DNA of 64,000 nt from Methylococcaceae bacterium (GTDB lineage Bacteria; Pseudomonadota; Gammaproteobacteria; Methylococcales; Methylomonadaceae): assembly GCA_049296695.1 (NCBI GenBank), contig JBAQSX010000061.1:1-64000 (forward strand), written 5' to 3'. Of this stretch, positions 52,961 through 63,837 are shown one piece after another; within the stretch, counting starts at the first letter, position 1, and every line of letters starts with the position of its first letter. The notes under the pieces are model-generated. The model ran no database searches and was not told where the DNA came from. It saw only the letters and a list, made by a program, of their open reading frames with translations. The translations under genes and the position numbers were made by a program.

Positions 52961-54964
52961 TTATTCTGTAATAACTGTTTTAACTAATAAATTTTTTGCC
53001 AAGTAATCTGAAGCAATAGGGGTTAGATGTCCATAATCCCAACTGGTTATTCCTGTTTTCTTATCATCACCAATTCTTGTTAAACAACCTTTTTCATTGC
53101 AAAAAAGGGCAATTAAATCGATAAAAATTGATTTTTTTGTATTGCTAAATTGGGTTTTAAGATTTTCATTTTCAAGCATTATTTTTTGATCAATGCCTAT
53201 TAGTGTTCTTTCGGGGGTATTATGCCAGATTTTACGCATAATTATTTTAGGTAAATCATCTACCCAATGAGGTGATGGTCCTGTAAATATTATTCTTTTT
53301 ATACCACTTGCTAATAAAAAATCGTTTAATTTATTTAACTCATCAAATTTATGTCCATGCGCTTGGGCAATAATGACTACATTAGGTTTTATTTCCTTTA
53401 TGGTTTCTAAAGCAAATTGATTAGACTTTTGACAATAGTCTTTTGTTATATCACCTTGAATATTAGAATTAGCAGGACAACTAGAACTCGCTACTATTAA
53501 AATTTGCCAATCTTTAGGTAAATTATTATTCAACCCAAAGTATAATTGTTGAGCATGTGAATCCCCCCATATAAACACAATATTTCTCTTTTTTAAATCG
53601 GGATTGGGTGTGTAGCAGCTTTTATCTATTTGCGCTAAAGGTATTCTGGTCACATTGCCAAGACGATACTTTTCAATATCATAAAAATTGCAATCCCCGC
53701 GACATTTTGCAAACATTTCTGTTGTTTTAGAGTAATTCCATTCAGGTTTACTATTTTCAAAGTAATTAGCAAAATCGCTTTTTTCTTGGCTTCTATAGCC
53801 ATATCCTTGCAAACCACCATTTAAATATAAACTATATCCACCAAAACCAACTACTATCATTAAACCCAGTAATAATAAAACTATTTTTTTACTTTTAATT
53901 TTTAAACGAATCGGTCTTTCAATAAATTGATAAGTGAGCCAAGCGAGTAAAATTGAAATTAAAACAATAGTAATACGCAACTCGCGTGGTATTTCGCTTT
54001 CTAAAATTCTCGCAAAGGACAATAACGGCCAATGCCATAAATACAATGGAAAACTAATTAAGCCAAACCATACTAATAACTTATTTGATAAAATTACACG
54101 ATTCAACCACGTTTGCGTACCAGCTGAAATAATTAATGCTGTACCCAAGGTGGGTAATATTGCCCACCAACCAGGAAAATATTTATCTTTAGTAATCAGA
54201 AAAATCCCAGTTGCGATAAATAATACCCCTAAGATAGACTGTAGCGAATTAAAGTGGTTTTTAATATTGGGTAATAAAGTGGGCTTATAAAGCATTAGAT
54301 ACGCTAACATTGAACCTGTTAATAATTCCCAAAAACGCGTTTGTGGCGAATAAAAATCTGCTACAGCGTCCTCGCGTATTTCACTAATGTTGAGCGCGAA
54401 GGAAATAATAAATGCACTAATGGTAATTATTAAAAAATTAAATCTAATCTTCCAAGCAAGCCATAACAACAATGGCCAAATAATATAATACTGTTCTTCA
54501 ATACCTAAAGACCAAAGATGTAATAGTGGTTTGGTTTCAGCGGCATTATCAAAATAACCGCTCTCTTGCCAAAATAAAAAATTTGAAATAAAGCCGGCTC
54601 CACCAGCAACATGTTTTCCTAGTTGTGTATATTCATCAGCAAGTAATGTAAACCAACCTGCAGTAATACAAGCAATTAATACTAATAATAATGAAGGAAA
54701 TATACGTTTAATACGACGGCTATAAAATTCAATGAAACTAAAATTATTGCTTGTTAAATTGTTAAAAATAATGGTAGATATTAAAAATCCCGAAATAACA
54801 AAGAAAATATCAACGCCAATAAAACCGCCTTTAATCCAGTTTGGAAAAGCATGAAACCCTACAACGGATAAAACTGCAATTGCGCGTAAACCGTCAATAT
54901 CTGCACGATATTTAGGATGTGATAGTTCTTTAGAATTAATAGTCATAGTCATAGTCATAGTCAT
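52961..54964 (-). CDS. Acyltransferase family 3 (OafA/OatA-like) membrane O-acyltransferase fused to C-terminal SGNH hydrolase domain
   Basis: 667 aa; N-terminal 10-11 TM AT3 domain ([15 protein letters not shown]), C-terminal SGNH block I GDSHA and block V DYGH; N-terminus MTMTMTMT encoded by (ATGACT)4. Confidence 0.85.
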   Translation of the reverse strand: MTMTMTMTINSKELSHPKYRADIDGLRAIAVLSVVGFHAFPNWIKGGFIGVDIFFVISGFLISTIIFNNLTSNNFSFIEFYSRRIKRIFPSLLLVLIACITAGWFTLLADEYTQLGKHVAGGAGFISNFLFWQESGYFDNAAETKPLLHLWSLGIEEQYYIIWPLLLWLAWKIRFNFLIITISAFIISFALNISEIREDAVADFYSPQTRFWELLTGSMLAYLMLYKPTLLPNIKNHFNSLQSILGVLFIATGIFLITKDKYFPGWWAILPTLGTALIISAGTQTWLNRVILSNKLLVWFGLISFPLYLWHWPLLSFARILESEIPRELRITIVLISILLAWLTYQFIERPIRLKIKSKKIVLLLLGLMIVVGFGGYSLYLNGGLQGYGYRSQEKSDFANYFENSKPEWNYSKTTEMFAKCRGDCNFYDIEKYRLGNVTRIPLAQIDKSCYTPNPDLKKRNIVFIWGDSHAQQLYFGLNNNLPKDWQILIVASSSCPANSNIQGDITKDYCQKSNQFALETIKEIKPNVVIIAQAHGHKFDELNKLNDFLLASGIKRIIFTGPSPHWVDDLPKIIMRKIWHNTPERTLIGIDQKIMLENENLKTQFSNTKKSIFIDLIALFCNEKGCLTRIGDDKKTGITSWDYGHLTPIASDYLAKNLLVKTVITE
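54941..54964. repeat. Hexanucleotide tandem repeat (agtcat)x4 = four in-frame ATG-ACT units at the 5' end of the acyltransferase gene
   Basis: agtcatagtcatagtcatagtcat on + strand. Confidence 0.9.
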
Positions 54965-55032
54965 TAATATTATGGAGATATAAATCTAACAGGTTTTAAA
55001 AGCCTGTTAGATTTTTTTAAAAAAGCAATTAC

Positions 55033-58000
55033 TTACTTCAATCCCTTATGCAAATCCTGCAAACAATTCACATCACCCGCATCTAATTCACCCAAAGCAT
55101 AACAAGCCGCTCTTGCCCCCGCCATTGTGGTGTAATAAGGTACACGATGTTGCAACGCTTCACGGCGCATGGTAAATGAATCCGAAATCGCTTTTGTGCC
55201 TTCGGTAGTATTAATGATTAATTGAATCTGGTCATTTTTAATCATATCCACTGTATTAGGACGACCTTCATTGACTTTATAAACTTCTTCGCAAGGAATA
55301 CCCGCTGATTTTAAATAACGCGCCGTGCCACCTGTTGCCACAATTTCATAATTCTTTGCCACTAACATTTGCGCCACTTCGGGTAATTTTATTTTATCCG
55401 CGTCACGAATACTAATTAATACTTTACCGCTAGTATTCAAATTAATTCCAGCAGCGCGTTGTGATTTAGCAAAAGCTTCACCAAAAGTTTTACCCACACC
55501 CATAACCTCACCAGTGGATTTCATTTCAGGGCCTAATAAAGAATCTACTCCGGGGAATTTCACAAAGGGGAACACCGCTTCTTTGACGGAAAAATAATCA
55601 GGAATCACTTCTTCAGTAATGCCTTGCTGGGTTAAGGTTTGCCCAACCATCACGCGAGCCGCAATTTTAGCGAGTGCGTAACCTGTGGCTTTAGAGACAA
55701 ACGGCGCGGTGCGTGAGGCTCTGGGATTGACTTCTAACACATAAATCTCATCACCTTGAATGGCAAATTGCGTATTCATCAAACCGCGAACGCCCAAAGC
55801 CTCTGCCATTTTGCCGACTTGTTCGCGCAAACGGTCTTGTAATTCGGGTTTTAAATCATAAGGCGGCAACGAACACGCCGAATCGCCCGAATGCACACCC
55901 GCTTGCTCGATGTGTTCCATCAAACCACCGATTAATACCCGTTCACCGTCATAAATCGCGTCTACGTCCATTTCCACCGCATCATCTAAGAAACGGTCAA
56001 GCAGCACAGGCGAATCATTCGACACGCTCACCGCTTCTTTCATGTAACGTTGCAAACCTTCTTCATTCACCACAATTTCCATTGCCCGACCGCCCAACAC
56101 ATAAGACGGACGCACTACTAAGGGATAACCCAAGTCACGCGCCGCATTAATGGCTTGCTCAACCGAACGCGCTGTAGCGTTAGGGGGTTGTTTTAATTGC
56201 AAACGTTCTAATAATTTTTGGAAACGTTCGCGGTCTTCTGCTAAGTCGATTGAATCAGGTGATGTGCCGATAATGGGAACGCCAGCCGCTTCTAAAGCGC
56301 GAGCCAATTTTAACGGCGTTTGTCCACCGTATTGAACAATTACACCTTTAGGTTTTTCTTTATAAACGATTTCTAAAACGTCTTCTAAAGTTAATGATTC
56401 AAAATATAATCTATCCGAAGTATCAAAATCGGTTGATACTGTTTCAGGATTACAATTAATCATAATGGTTTCATAACCATCTTCGCGCAACGCTAATGCC
56501 GCATGAACACAGCAATAATCAAATTCAATACCTTGTCCAATGCGATTAGGGCCGCCGCCTAAAATAATAATTTTTTCTTTGTCAGATACTCGCGCTTCAC
56601 ATTCCTCTTCATAAGTTGAATATAAATAAGCAGTATCAGAAGCAAATTCAGCCGCGCACGAATCTATACGTTTATATACAGGACGTATATTATTTTTATG
56701 GCGAATATTTCGCACTTCTATTTCAGAGGCATCTAATAATTGCGCTAAGCGTAAATCAGAAAAACCTTTGCGTTTTAATTGATACAATTCACCCGCTTTT
56801 AAAGTCGATAAGGTTTTTGTTTTTAAGGATTGCTCAATTAAAACTAAGTCTTCTAATTGCGCTAAAAACCACGGGTCTATTTTACATAAACCATGTATTT
56901 CTTCTAAAGATAAACCTTTACGAAACGCATCGGCAACATAACGCAATCTATCAGGGCCAGGGTGTCTTAATTCACGTTTAATTCTATCGTAAGCATCATT
57001 AGCATGAATATCAATAATTTCATTCAATCCACAAATACCAATTTCTAAACCGCGTAATGCCTTTTGCAATGATTCTTGGAAGGTGCGCCCAATTGCCATT
57101 ACCTCGCCCACGGATTTCATTTGCGTGGTTAATCTATCATCGGCTTGCGGGAATTTTTCAAAAGTAAAACGTGGTACTTTTACTACGACATAATCAATTG
57201 CAGGTTCAAATGAGGCTGGGGTTTTACCGCCTGTTATTTCATTTTTTAATTCGTCTAAGGTATAACCAACAGCGAGTTTTGCCGCGACTTTAGCAATAGG
57301 AAAACCCGTAGCTTTTGAAGCCAAAGCCGAAGAGCGTGATACTCTAGGATTCATTTCAATAATAATCATGCGACCATCAACAGGATTAATCGCCACCTGT
57401 ACATTTGAACCGCCAGTATCTACGCCTATTTCTCTTAATATCGCTAAAGAAACATTACGCAGGATTTGATATTCTTTATCAGTTAGTGTTTGCGCGGGCG
57501 CGACAGTTATTGAATCCCCAGTATGTACACCCATTGGGTCAAAGTTTTCAATTGAACAAACAATAATACAATTGTCTTTTGAATCTCGCACCACTTCCAT
57601 TTCATATTCTTTCCAACCCAATACCGATTCTTCAATTAATAATTCATTAGTGGGTGATAAATATAAACCGCGTTCGCAAATCTCCATAAATTCTTGCTTA
57701 TTATAAGCAATACCACCGCCACTACCGCCCATTGTAAATGAAGGTCTAATAACTGTGGGATAACCGACTTCTTTTTGCGCGAGCAACGCTTCTTCCATTG
57801 AATGCGCGGTTTTTGATTTAGCCACTTCATAACCAATTCGCGCCATTGCGTCATTAAATAATTGACGGTCTTCGGCTTTATTAATTGCCTCTTTAGTCGC
57901 GCCTATCATTTCAACATTATATTTAGCCAATACCCCGTGTTTATCTAAAGCCAAGGCGCAATTTAATGCGGTTTGTCCGCCCATTGTCGGTAATATCGCA

Positions 58001-58251
58001 TCGGGGCGTTCTTTGGCAATAATCTTTTCTACGGTTTGCCAATCAATTGGCTCAATATAAATCGCGTCCGCCATGTCGGGGTCGGTCATAATAGTGGCGG
58101 GATTAGAATTAACGAGGATGACTCGATAACCTTCTTCGCGTAGGGCTTTACAGGCTTGTGTGCCTGAATAATCAAATTCACACGCTTGCCCGATAACAAT
58201 AGGGCCTGCACCTAATAATAAAATGGATTTTATGTCTGTTCTTTTTGGCAT
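55033..58251 (-). CDS. carB: Carbamoyl-phosphate synthase large subunit
   Basis: 1072 aa; duplicated ATP-grasp domains, canonical CarB. Confidence 0.97.
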   Translation of the reverse strand: MPKRTDIKSILLLGAGPIVIGQACEFDYSGTQACKALREEGYRVILVNSNPATIMTDPDMADAIYIEPIDWQTVEKIIAKERPDAILPTMGGQTALNCALALDKHGVLAKYNVEMIGATKEAINKAEDRQLFNDAMARIGYEVAKSKTAHSMEEALLAQKEVGYPTVIRPSFTMGGSGGGIAYNKQEFMEICERGLYLSPTNELLIEESVLGWKEYEMEVVRDSKDNCIIVCSIENFDPMGVHTGDSITVAPAQTLTDKEYQILRNVSLAILREIGVDTGGSNVQVAINPVDGRMIIIEMNPRVSRSSALASKATGFPIAKVAAKLAVGYTLDELKNEITGGKTPASFEPAIDYVVVKVPRFTFEKFPQADDRLTTQMKSVGEVMAIGRTFQESLQKALRGLEIGICGLNEIIDIHANDAYDRIKRELRHPGPDRLRYVADAFRKGLSLEEIHGLCKIDPWFLAQLEDLVLIEQSLKTKTLSTLKAGELYQLKRKGFSDLRLAQLLDASEIEVRNIRHKNNIRPVYKRIDSCAAEFASDTAYLYSTYEEECEARVSDKEKIIILGGGPNRIGQGIEFDYCCVHAALALREDGYETIMINCNPETVSTDFDTSDRLYFESLTLEDVLEIVYKEKPKGVIVQYGGQTPLKLARALEAAGVPIIGTSPDSIDLAEDRERFQKLLERLQLKQPPNATARSVEQAINAARDLGYPLVVRPSYVLGGRAMEIVVNEEGLQRYMKEAVSVSNDSPVLLDRFLDDAVEMDVDAIYDGERVLIGGLMEHIEQAGVHSGDSACSLPPYDLKPELQDRLREQVGKMAEALGVRGLMNTQFAIQGDEIYVLEVNPRASRTAPFVSKATGYALAKIAARVMVGQTLTQQGITEEVIPDYFSVKEAVFPFVKFPGVDSLLGPEMKSTGEVMGVGKTFGEAFAKSQRAAGINLNTSGKVLISIRDADKIKLPEVAQMLVAKNYEIVATGGTARYLKSAGIPCEEVYKVNEGRPNTVDMIKNDQIQLIINTTEGTKAISDSFTMRREALQHRVPYYTTMAGARAACYALGELDAGDVNCLQDLHKGLK

Positions 58252-58458
58252 GGTTTACCGCTTTGTTTTAAGTTAATTATAATGAGTTTGAGCGATTATT
58301 TTAAAATATCGCCGTGAATAGGATTAATAACTCTTTTTGGTAGTAGTAAAAATAGAGTGATTATTAATATAGATTAATTGGTAGAGACGTTGCAGTGCAA
58401 CGTCTGTACAATCGAAGTATTTTAAGAAATCACTCACTGTTTAGCACTACCATTCTTT

Positions 58459-58641
58459 TCAACTTTGATTAAAATCTGAATTATCAATCCCTTGTTCAAT
58501 AATTATATGATGGTAATCAAGGCTAGTATTGTGACTCGCTTCTTTTTCTGATACTAAGTAATGAATACCCAGTCTTTTAAATAACAATAATAACAGTTTT
58601 TCATCTTCGTTATTTTCAATATCTAAGGTTATTTGTAACAT
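58459..58641 (-). CDS. Small hypothetical protein (60 aa) immediately downstream of HEPN gene
   Basis: ORF starts 2 nt after HEPN stop; acidic; no recognisable motif. Confidence 0.3.
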   Translation of the reverse strand: MLQITLDIENNEDEKLLLLLFKRLGIHYLVSEKEASHNTSLDYHHIIIEQGIDNSDFNQS

Positions 58642-58642
58642 A

Positions 58643-59092
58643 TTAACCTCCCGTTGTATTTAATAAGTTATTACCATAAACTAAAGTATTCTGCACAATA
58701 ATAATTAATTCAGCCGTTAAAGTTTTAGCCTCAGCAAACAGAGCAATTAAATCCTCTTCAATATATTCGTGGACAATTTCGTTTCTTAAATCTTTTATGT
58801 TTCTAATTAAATCCATGCTAGTAAATAACTTTCTTTTATGTGCGTTATTGACCACATCAATTAATGTCCCTTGATGCTCAAATTCGCACGCATCAATAGT
58901 TCTAAACACTTTACGGATTAAAAAATCAATGGTTCTAGCAAAACGACTGCACAAGTTTTCATAATGATTAATACTCTCTATTGATAGCTCTTGGGTTAAA
59001 TCAACGTTATTGATTTGTGAGTAGGAATAATCTAACCAAAATAATTGTTTTTCTAAAAGGTCTAACTGGGTTTTTAATAAATCTAAGCTCAT
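58643..59092 (-). CDS. HEPN-domain protein (HepT-like toxin of MNT/HEPN pair)
   Basis: 149 aa; RNEIVHEY = R-x4-H HEPN catalytic motif; 4-nt overlap with upstream MNT gene. Confidence 0.7.
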   Translation of the reverse strand: MSLDLLKTQLDLLEKQLFWLDYSYSQINNVDLTQELSIESINHYENLCSRFARTIDFLIRKVFRTIDACEFEHQGTLIDVVNNAHKRKLFTSMDLIRNIKDLRNEIVHEYIEEDLIALFAEAKTLTAELIIIVQNTLVYGNNLLNTTGG

Positions 59093-59373
59093 AATTCTAT
59101 AGCGGTAGGAAAAATTAATCTAACAAAAGGTGATTCCAGTTTTCCTGAGTCGATAATTATATCTATTTTCTGTTCACCAAAGGTTTCATAAAACTGCCAT
59201 TTTATCGTTCGCAGGTGTTGTTTGCTTAATTGCTCAGAGAGGATTAATAAATCTATATCGCCACCTGTTTTGGTATCATCGGTGCGACTGCCAAATAAAA
59301 ATAGACGGGCGTTTTTATCTAATTGTTGCGTAGTGGTTTTTAATAGATTTATTTGTGCTGGGCTGAGGCGCAT
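59089..59373 (-). CDS. Minimal nucleotidyltransferase (MntA-like antitoxin)
   Basis: 94 aa; LFGSRTDDTKTGGDIDLLIL = GS...D.D nucleotidyltransferase motif. Confidence 0.8.
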   Translation of the reverse strand: MRLSPAQINLLKTTTQQLDKNARLFLFGSRTDDTKTGGDIDLLILSEQLSKQHLRTIKWQFYETFGEQKIDIIIDSGKLESPFVRLIFPTAIEL

Positions 59374-59395
59374 AACTTAAGTTGATGCTTTTTAT

Positions 59396-60322
59396 TTAGT
59401 TAATAAGTATAGAATTCAAATATTCTATTAAACAATCAGGAGTCTCAGCATAACCTGAAAAAAGTTCTATTGCTTGCTCATTGCTTAATTTAGAACTAAA
59501 AGAAAACTTTATTTTCTCTTTGAAATATTTTTTTTGATTATTTGAGTCTTGCAAAATCAAGTCAATTATAGTAACTACAAACCACATTTCATATTTTCCT
59601 CTAAATATTTTTCGACATTCACAATTAGAGAACTCAATAATTTTTTTATTTAAATTATCTTGTGAAACTTCAAGTGCAGTAGGGAAGTTTTGCTGTATTG
59701 TTTCAAGTGTATAATTTTTAGAGATAGATTCTAAAGTAAACGTTATAAAGTTTCTTGTTTCTCTATCACCGCCTAATTTATCGCTCAAATTAACACCTGT
59801 TTCTTTTTTTTCTATATTTTTAATATCAATTAGACTAGCATACCAAGCATTAAATAAAAATATCGCTTGATGAAATTCATTCTGTCTTTGAGTATAAAGA
59901 TTTAAACACATTTGATAAGCTTCACTAACTTCTGATAATCCTAAAGAGTTTTTTATAATTTCTCTGAAAACATTTACAGATGTATAAAAATTTTCAATCG
60001 AATAATAAGGAGTTTCAAAAATATCTGGATTTATTAAAGGTTTATCAAAGTCTCTATCTATAAAAAAAGCTTTTTTATACTTTTTATATTCTGTATGAAT
60101 TGATATTAAACGGTAAACAGTTAATACTTTATCTTTACCACCACATTTTATTGGATAGTAGTTTTCTGTAAACCGCTTTATCCTTGGAGAATAATAAGGA
60201 CTATCTTTTCCCTCAAAAAAACAAAATAAACCTGTTTTATTTTGATTTATATGAAGCATAAATTCTTGATAAGCAACTTGAGGTTTATCTCGACCTTTTC
60301 TCAGTTCTTCTAAATAAGTCAT
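59396..60322 (-). CDS. DUF4435/TOPRIM-like protein (PARIS AriB-like)
   Basis: 308 aa; conserved Glu (FCFFEGKD) and DxD (FFIDRDFD) consistent with divergent TOPRIM; directly downstream of an ABC-type ATPase. Confidence 0.55.
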   Translation of the reverse strand: MTYLEELRKGRDKPQVAYQEFMLHINQNKTGLFCFFEGKDSPYYSPRIKRFTENYYPIKCGGKDKVLTVYRLISIHTEYKKYKKAFFIDRDFDKPLINPDIFETPYYSIENFYTSVNVFREIIKNSLGLSEVSEAYQMCLNLYTQRQNEFHQAIFLFNAWYASLIDIKNIEKKETGVNLSDKLGGDRETRNFITFTLESISKNYTLETIQQNFPTALEVSQDNLNKKIIEFSNCECRKIFRGKYEMWFVVTIIDLILQDSNNQKKYFKEKIKFSFSSKLSNEQAIELFSGYAETPDCLIEYLNSILIN

Positions 60323-60324
60323 TA

Positions 60325-61683
60325 TTAAACAATAATATTTTTTGATAATGTAATATATTGATCTAAACCAATAGCATATTCATCCAATTCGTTTTCAAAA
60401 ATAAAAGGAGAGTGTGTAACTGCTAACAAAAAGTCGCATTTTTTAGATTTAAGCACATCTGGAAGTAATTGTTTTTGCCATATCATGCTTAAAGATAACT
60501 CTGGCTCATCAAATAAGACTATGAACCGTTCTTCTTTAGAAAGATAAACTTTAGAAAACATTGAAACTATTTGTTTTTCACCTGATGAAAGATACTTCAA
60601 TAAGATTTCGTCATTCGTCAAGCTTGATTTAATAAAAATTTTTATTGCGCTTTCATCATAAAATACTTTCTTCCCTATTAAATAATTATTACAAACATCC
60701 TTAAATGTTTTTATTGAATTATCAAGTTCTTTTTGTTTTTCATAAATTTCGATTAATTTCTTCAAAAAATATAATGAATAAGGATTCGTTATTTTTTTAT
60801 TCATAACGATATTTCTTATATTATCTTTATCTGCTTTAGGGAGTTGATTACCGACTCTTGCCAATATAATATCAATACCATTCTCATCAATTTTATCTAA
60901 ACAACTATTGTCATTTCCTTCAAAGCCATTAACTAACTGGCTCATAAATTCTGATGTAATTTTTGAAAAGCCTTCTTTCAATAATTGGTCAATTTCATGT
61001 TCAATGCTTCTAAATCTTTTAGACACATCATCCATGCCAAAATGAATAACAGTATCTTCTTCATCCAATAAGTTATCTTCATCGTAACCAAGATTATGTA
61101 AATCTTCTTCTACACGTCTAAAAGTTGGAAAATAAAGCACCTTTAAATCTTTAATTTCAGATCTAATTTTTTTTCTACAAGTATCTAAAACTTTACCTAA
61201 ACTTCCTTCTTTATTAAGCATTTCGAGTTCCTCAAGTACCCGAAAAACATGGTGCGTAGGATATTTTCTTATTTTTGAACCTAAGAGCTTTTCATCCAGT
61301 CGCCGCCAATCACCTTTGCTCTTAATAAACTCATTTCTAAGTAATTCAAAGCGAGAAAATCCAATATCATTTATCAGCTCTTCTAAAATGGGGTGTTTGT
61401 ATAGCCTTTTAATCAATTCGTCTATATTATTTTTGTGTATTTCAATAGAATTTCCTTTTGAAAAAGTCAATTGAACTCTATTAAAGTTAAATTCACTTAA
61501 TCGGGGGAAATTTTGAGTTAATATATAATAAAAAATATTCAGAACTTGTGTTTTTCCAAGTCCATTTTCACCAATCAAAATTTTAATATTTTCGTTAAAA
61601 AGAATATGTACATCATGTGTACCAAAAAGACCATACACTGAAAAAGATTTAATTGGACTTAGAGTATTCATGTTTATTCTCAA
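60325..61683 (-). CDS. ABC/OLD-family AAA ATPase (AAA_15/AAA_21-like; PARIS AriA-like)
   Basis: 452 aa; N-terminal IKSFSVYGLFG...IKILIGENGLGKTQVLN (Walker A), C-terminal Walker B/H-loop IVLFDEPELSL...LLAVTHSP. Confidence 0.65.
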   Translation of the reverse strand: MRINMNTLSPIKSFSVYGLFGTHDVHILFNENIKILIGENGLGKTQVLNIFYYILTQNFPRLSEFNFNRVQLTFSKGNSIEIHKNNIDELIKRLYKHPILEELINDIGFSRFELLRNEFIKSKGDWRRLDEKLLGSKIRKYPTHHVFRVLEELEMLNKEGSLGKVLDTCRKKIRSEIKDLKVLYFPTFRRVEEDLHNLGYDEDNLLDEEDTVIHFGMDDVSKRFRSIEHEIDQLLKEGFSKITSEFMSQLVNGFEGNDNSCLDKIDENGIDIILARVGNQLPKADKDNIRNIVMNKKITNPYSLYFLKKLIEIYEKQKELDNSIKTFKDVCNNYLIGKKVFYDESAIKIFIKSSLTNDEILLKYLSSGEKQIVSMFSKVYLSKEERFIVLFDEPELSLSMIWQKQLLPDVLKSKKCDFLLAVTHSPFIFENELDEYAIGLDQYITLSKNIIV

Positions 61684-61750
61684 TTTATCTTATAAAAAAT
61701 TTTACAGGTGTTAGCTAAGCAATTTATTGCTAACTTCGATTTTCAATTTG

Positions 61751-62338
61751 TCAAAACCTAACATCTTCATAAATATCACCCAACTTCAAAACCGTTTGAT
61801 AATTCTCACAACGAATCAACAATTCTTCATTGTCTTCTAATAAAGCCGTTTGCCATTCATTATGGTTATCACGCACATAATACTCACAACGTTTTTTATT
61901 AGCATCAATGAGTAAATAATAACGCAAACTAGGCAGACTTAAATAAGCCAGTAACTTTTCTCTACGGTCTATTTTTGCGGTGCTATTGGATAATACTTCG
62001 GTAATTAAACAAGGTTTTTCTTTATAGTATTCTTGGTTGTCTTCAGTATCACAAACTAATAACACATCAGGATAATAATAAGCATTATGCTGGGCGATTT
62101 TGAGTTTCATATCACTCATAAACACGCCGCATTGCCCACCCCGCGCAGATGAGCGTAATTGAAAAAAGATATTACCTGCAATGCGATTATGCCGCTCACT
62201 CGAGCCTGCCATTGCATAAATATAACCGTCTTTATATTCATGCCGAATGGTAGCGGTTAATTCAAAATCTAAATAATCTTGCTCGGTTAAATAAGGGATT
62301 TTTTGCAAGGCGGTCATAGTATTAACCTCATTTAGCAA
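61751..62338 (-). CDS. Uma2-family (DUF820) PD-(D/E)xK endonuclease
   Basis: 195 aa (possibly starting at M8); Y.DG.IYAMAGSSERHNRI...PDV Uma2 signature. Confidence 0.75.
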   Translation of the reverse strand: MLNEVNTMTALQKIPYLTEQDYLDFELTATIRHEYKDGYIYAMAGSSERHNRIAGNIFFQLRSSARGGQCGVFMSDMKLKIAQHNAYYYPDVLLVCDTEDNQEYYKEKPCLITEVLSNSTAKIDRREKLLAYLSLPSLRYYLLIDANKKRCEYYVRDNHNEWQTALLEDNEELLIRCENYQTVLKLGDIYEDVRF

Positions 62339-62384
62339 TGAATCAGATTATTAAACCTAATTCATTGCTTATTTAAAACGTGAG

Positions 62385-63509
62385 TTACCCAGCGTTATCC
62401 ATCATTTCAATAAACTTATCGAATAAACTTTCCACATCATGCGGCCCGGGGCTGGCTTCGGGGTGTCCTTGGAAACTAAACGCAGGGCAGTCGGTGCGTG
62501 CGATGCCTTGCAAACTGCCATCAAATAAAGAGTGATGCGTGGCAATTAAATTAGCAGGTAAGCTGGTTTCATCAACGGCAAAACCATGATTCTGACTGCT
62601 AATCATCACCCGACCTGTGGCTTTTTCCTGCACAGGGTGGTTTGCGCCGTGATGACCGAATTTCATTTTTTCCGTTTTCGCGCCGCTGGCTAAGGCTAAT
62701 AATTGATGCCCTAAACAAATGCCAAACACAGGCAACTGGGTTGCTAAAATGGTTTTAATGGCTTCAATGGCGTAAGTGCAAGGCTCAGGGTCGCCCGGGC
62801 CGTTAGATAAAAATACGCCATCGGGGTTCAGGGCAAGCACTTCGCTGGCGGGGGTTTTGGCGGGAACAACGGTGACTTTGCAACCGCGATTAGCCAGTAA
62901 CCGTAAGATATTGCGTTTCACGCCAAAGTCATAAGCGACAACGTGTTTCGTTAAGTTGGGCGCAGTCTTGTGTCCATCGCGTAAATGCCAGATGTTTTCT
63001 GTCCAAGTGTAGCTTTCGCTGGTGGTGACTTCTTTGGCTAAATCCAAACCTTTTAAACCTGCAAAACCTGCAATCGCGCTAGTCGCCGTTGCCACGTCTA
63101 GGTTTTCCCCCGCAATAATACAACCGCGTTGCGCGCCTTTATCACGCAGGATACGCGTTAATTTGCGCGTGTCGATTTCAGCGATAGCGACTACGTTGTT
63201 ATCAATCAAATACTGTTGCAAAGTTTTTTCACTGCGCCAATTGCTTGCCAGCAAAGGCAAGTCCCGAATCACTAAACCACCGACAAACACGCCGCGTGAC
63301 TCGTCGTCTTCGCTGTTTGTGCCGGTGTTGCCAATGTGCGGATAGGTTAAGGTGACTATTTGCTGGGCGTAAGAGGGGTCGCTGAGAATTTCTTGATAAC
63401 CGCTCATAGCGGTGTTAAACACCACTTCGCCCACGCTACAACCGTCTATACCTATGGAAACACCGTTAAATACTGTGCCGTCTTCTAATACTAATAATGC
63501 TGAAATCAT
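62385..63509 (-). CDS. carA: Carbamoyl-phosphate synthase small subunit (glutamine amidotransferase)
   Basis: 374 aa; GATase catalytic GICLGHQ motif. Confidence 0.95.
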   Translation of the reverse strand: MISALLVLEDGTVFNGVSIGIDGCSVGEVVFNTAMSGYQEILSDPSYAQQIVTLTYPHIGNTGTNSEDDESRGVFVGGLVIRDLPLLASNWRSEKTLQQYLIDNNVVAIAEIDTRKLTRILRDKGAQRGCIIAGENLDVATATSAIAGFAGLKGLDLAKEVTTSESYTWTENIWHLRDGHKTAPNLTKHVVAYDFGVKRNILRLLANRGCKVTVVPAKTPASEVLALNPDGVFLSNGPGDPEPCTYAIEAIKTILATQLPVFGICLGHQLLALASGAKTEKMKFGHHGANHPVQEKATGRVMISSQNHGFAVDETSLPANLIATHHSLFDGSLQGIARTDCPAFSFQGHPEASPGPHDVESLFDKFIEMMDNAG

Positions 63510-63762
63510 TAAACCCCGTCCTTATACATGAAAAACGGGATACACCCTCTTGAGCGCATCCCGTCATAGAATTATCAATGTGTGCAATTTTACGAGATTA
63601 TAAGGCTTTGGTCATTAACATTTTGCCGTTGTGTGATAAGCGGTGTGTGTTGTTAGTGTGATAACTGATATTAAGCTGTTTTAAAAATCCCTGTCCCTTT
63701 TGCTAAAAGGTGAATTTTAAAACTGCCTCACTTCATTTAAACAATTCAATTGTCTGAATCAG

Positions 63763-63837
63763 GATTTTCAATATTAAAGGATTAACTCGATAAAAACCTA
63801 TCCTGTAGTCTTATAATCCTGTAAATCCTGATTCAGA
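63763..63837. mobile_element. MITE family A copy 4 (upstream of carA)
   Basis: tctgaatcaggatttt ... aaatcctgattcaga. Confidence 0.65.

Noticed and set aside
56150-57854. Small ORFs within carB
   Set aside because: Internal/antisense frames of a 1072-aa highly conserved gene.
63022-63345. 107-aa ORF antisense to carA
   Set aside because: Embedded in the conserved carA frame.
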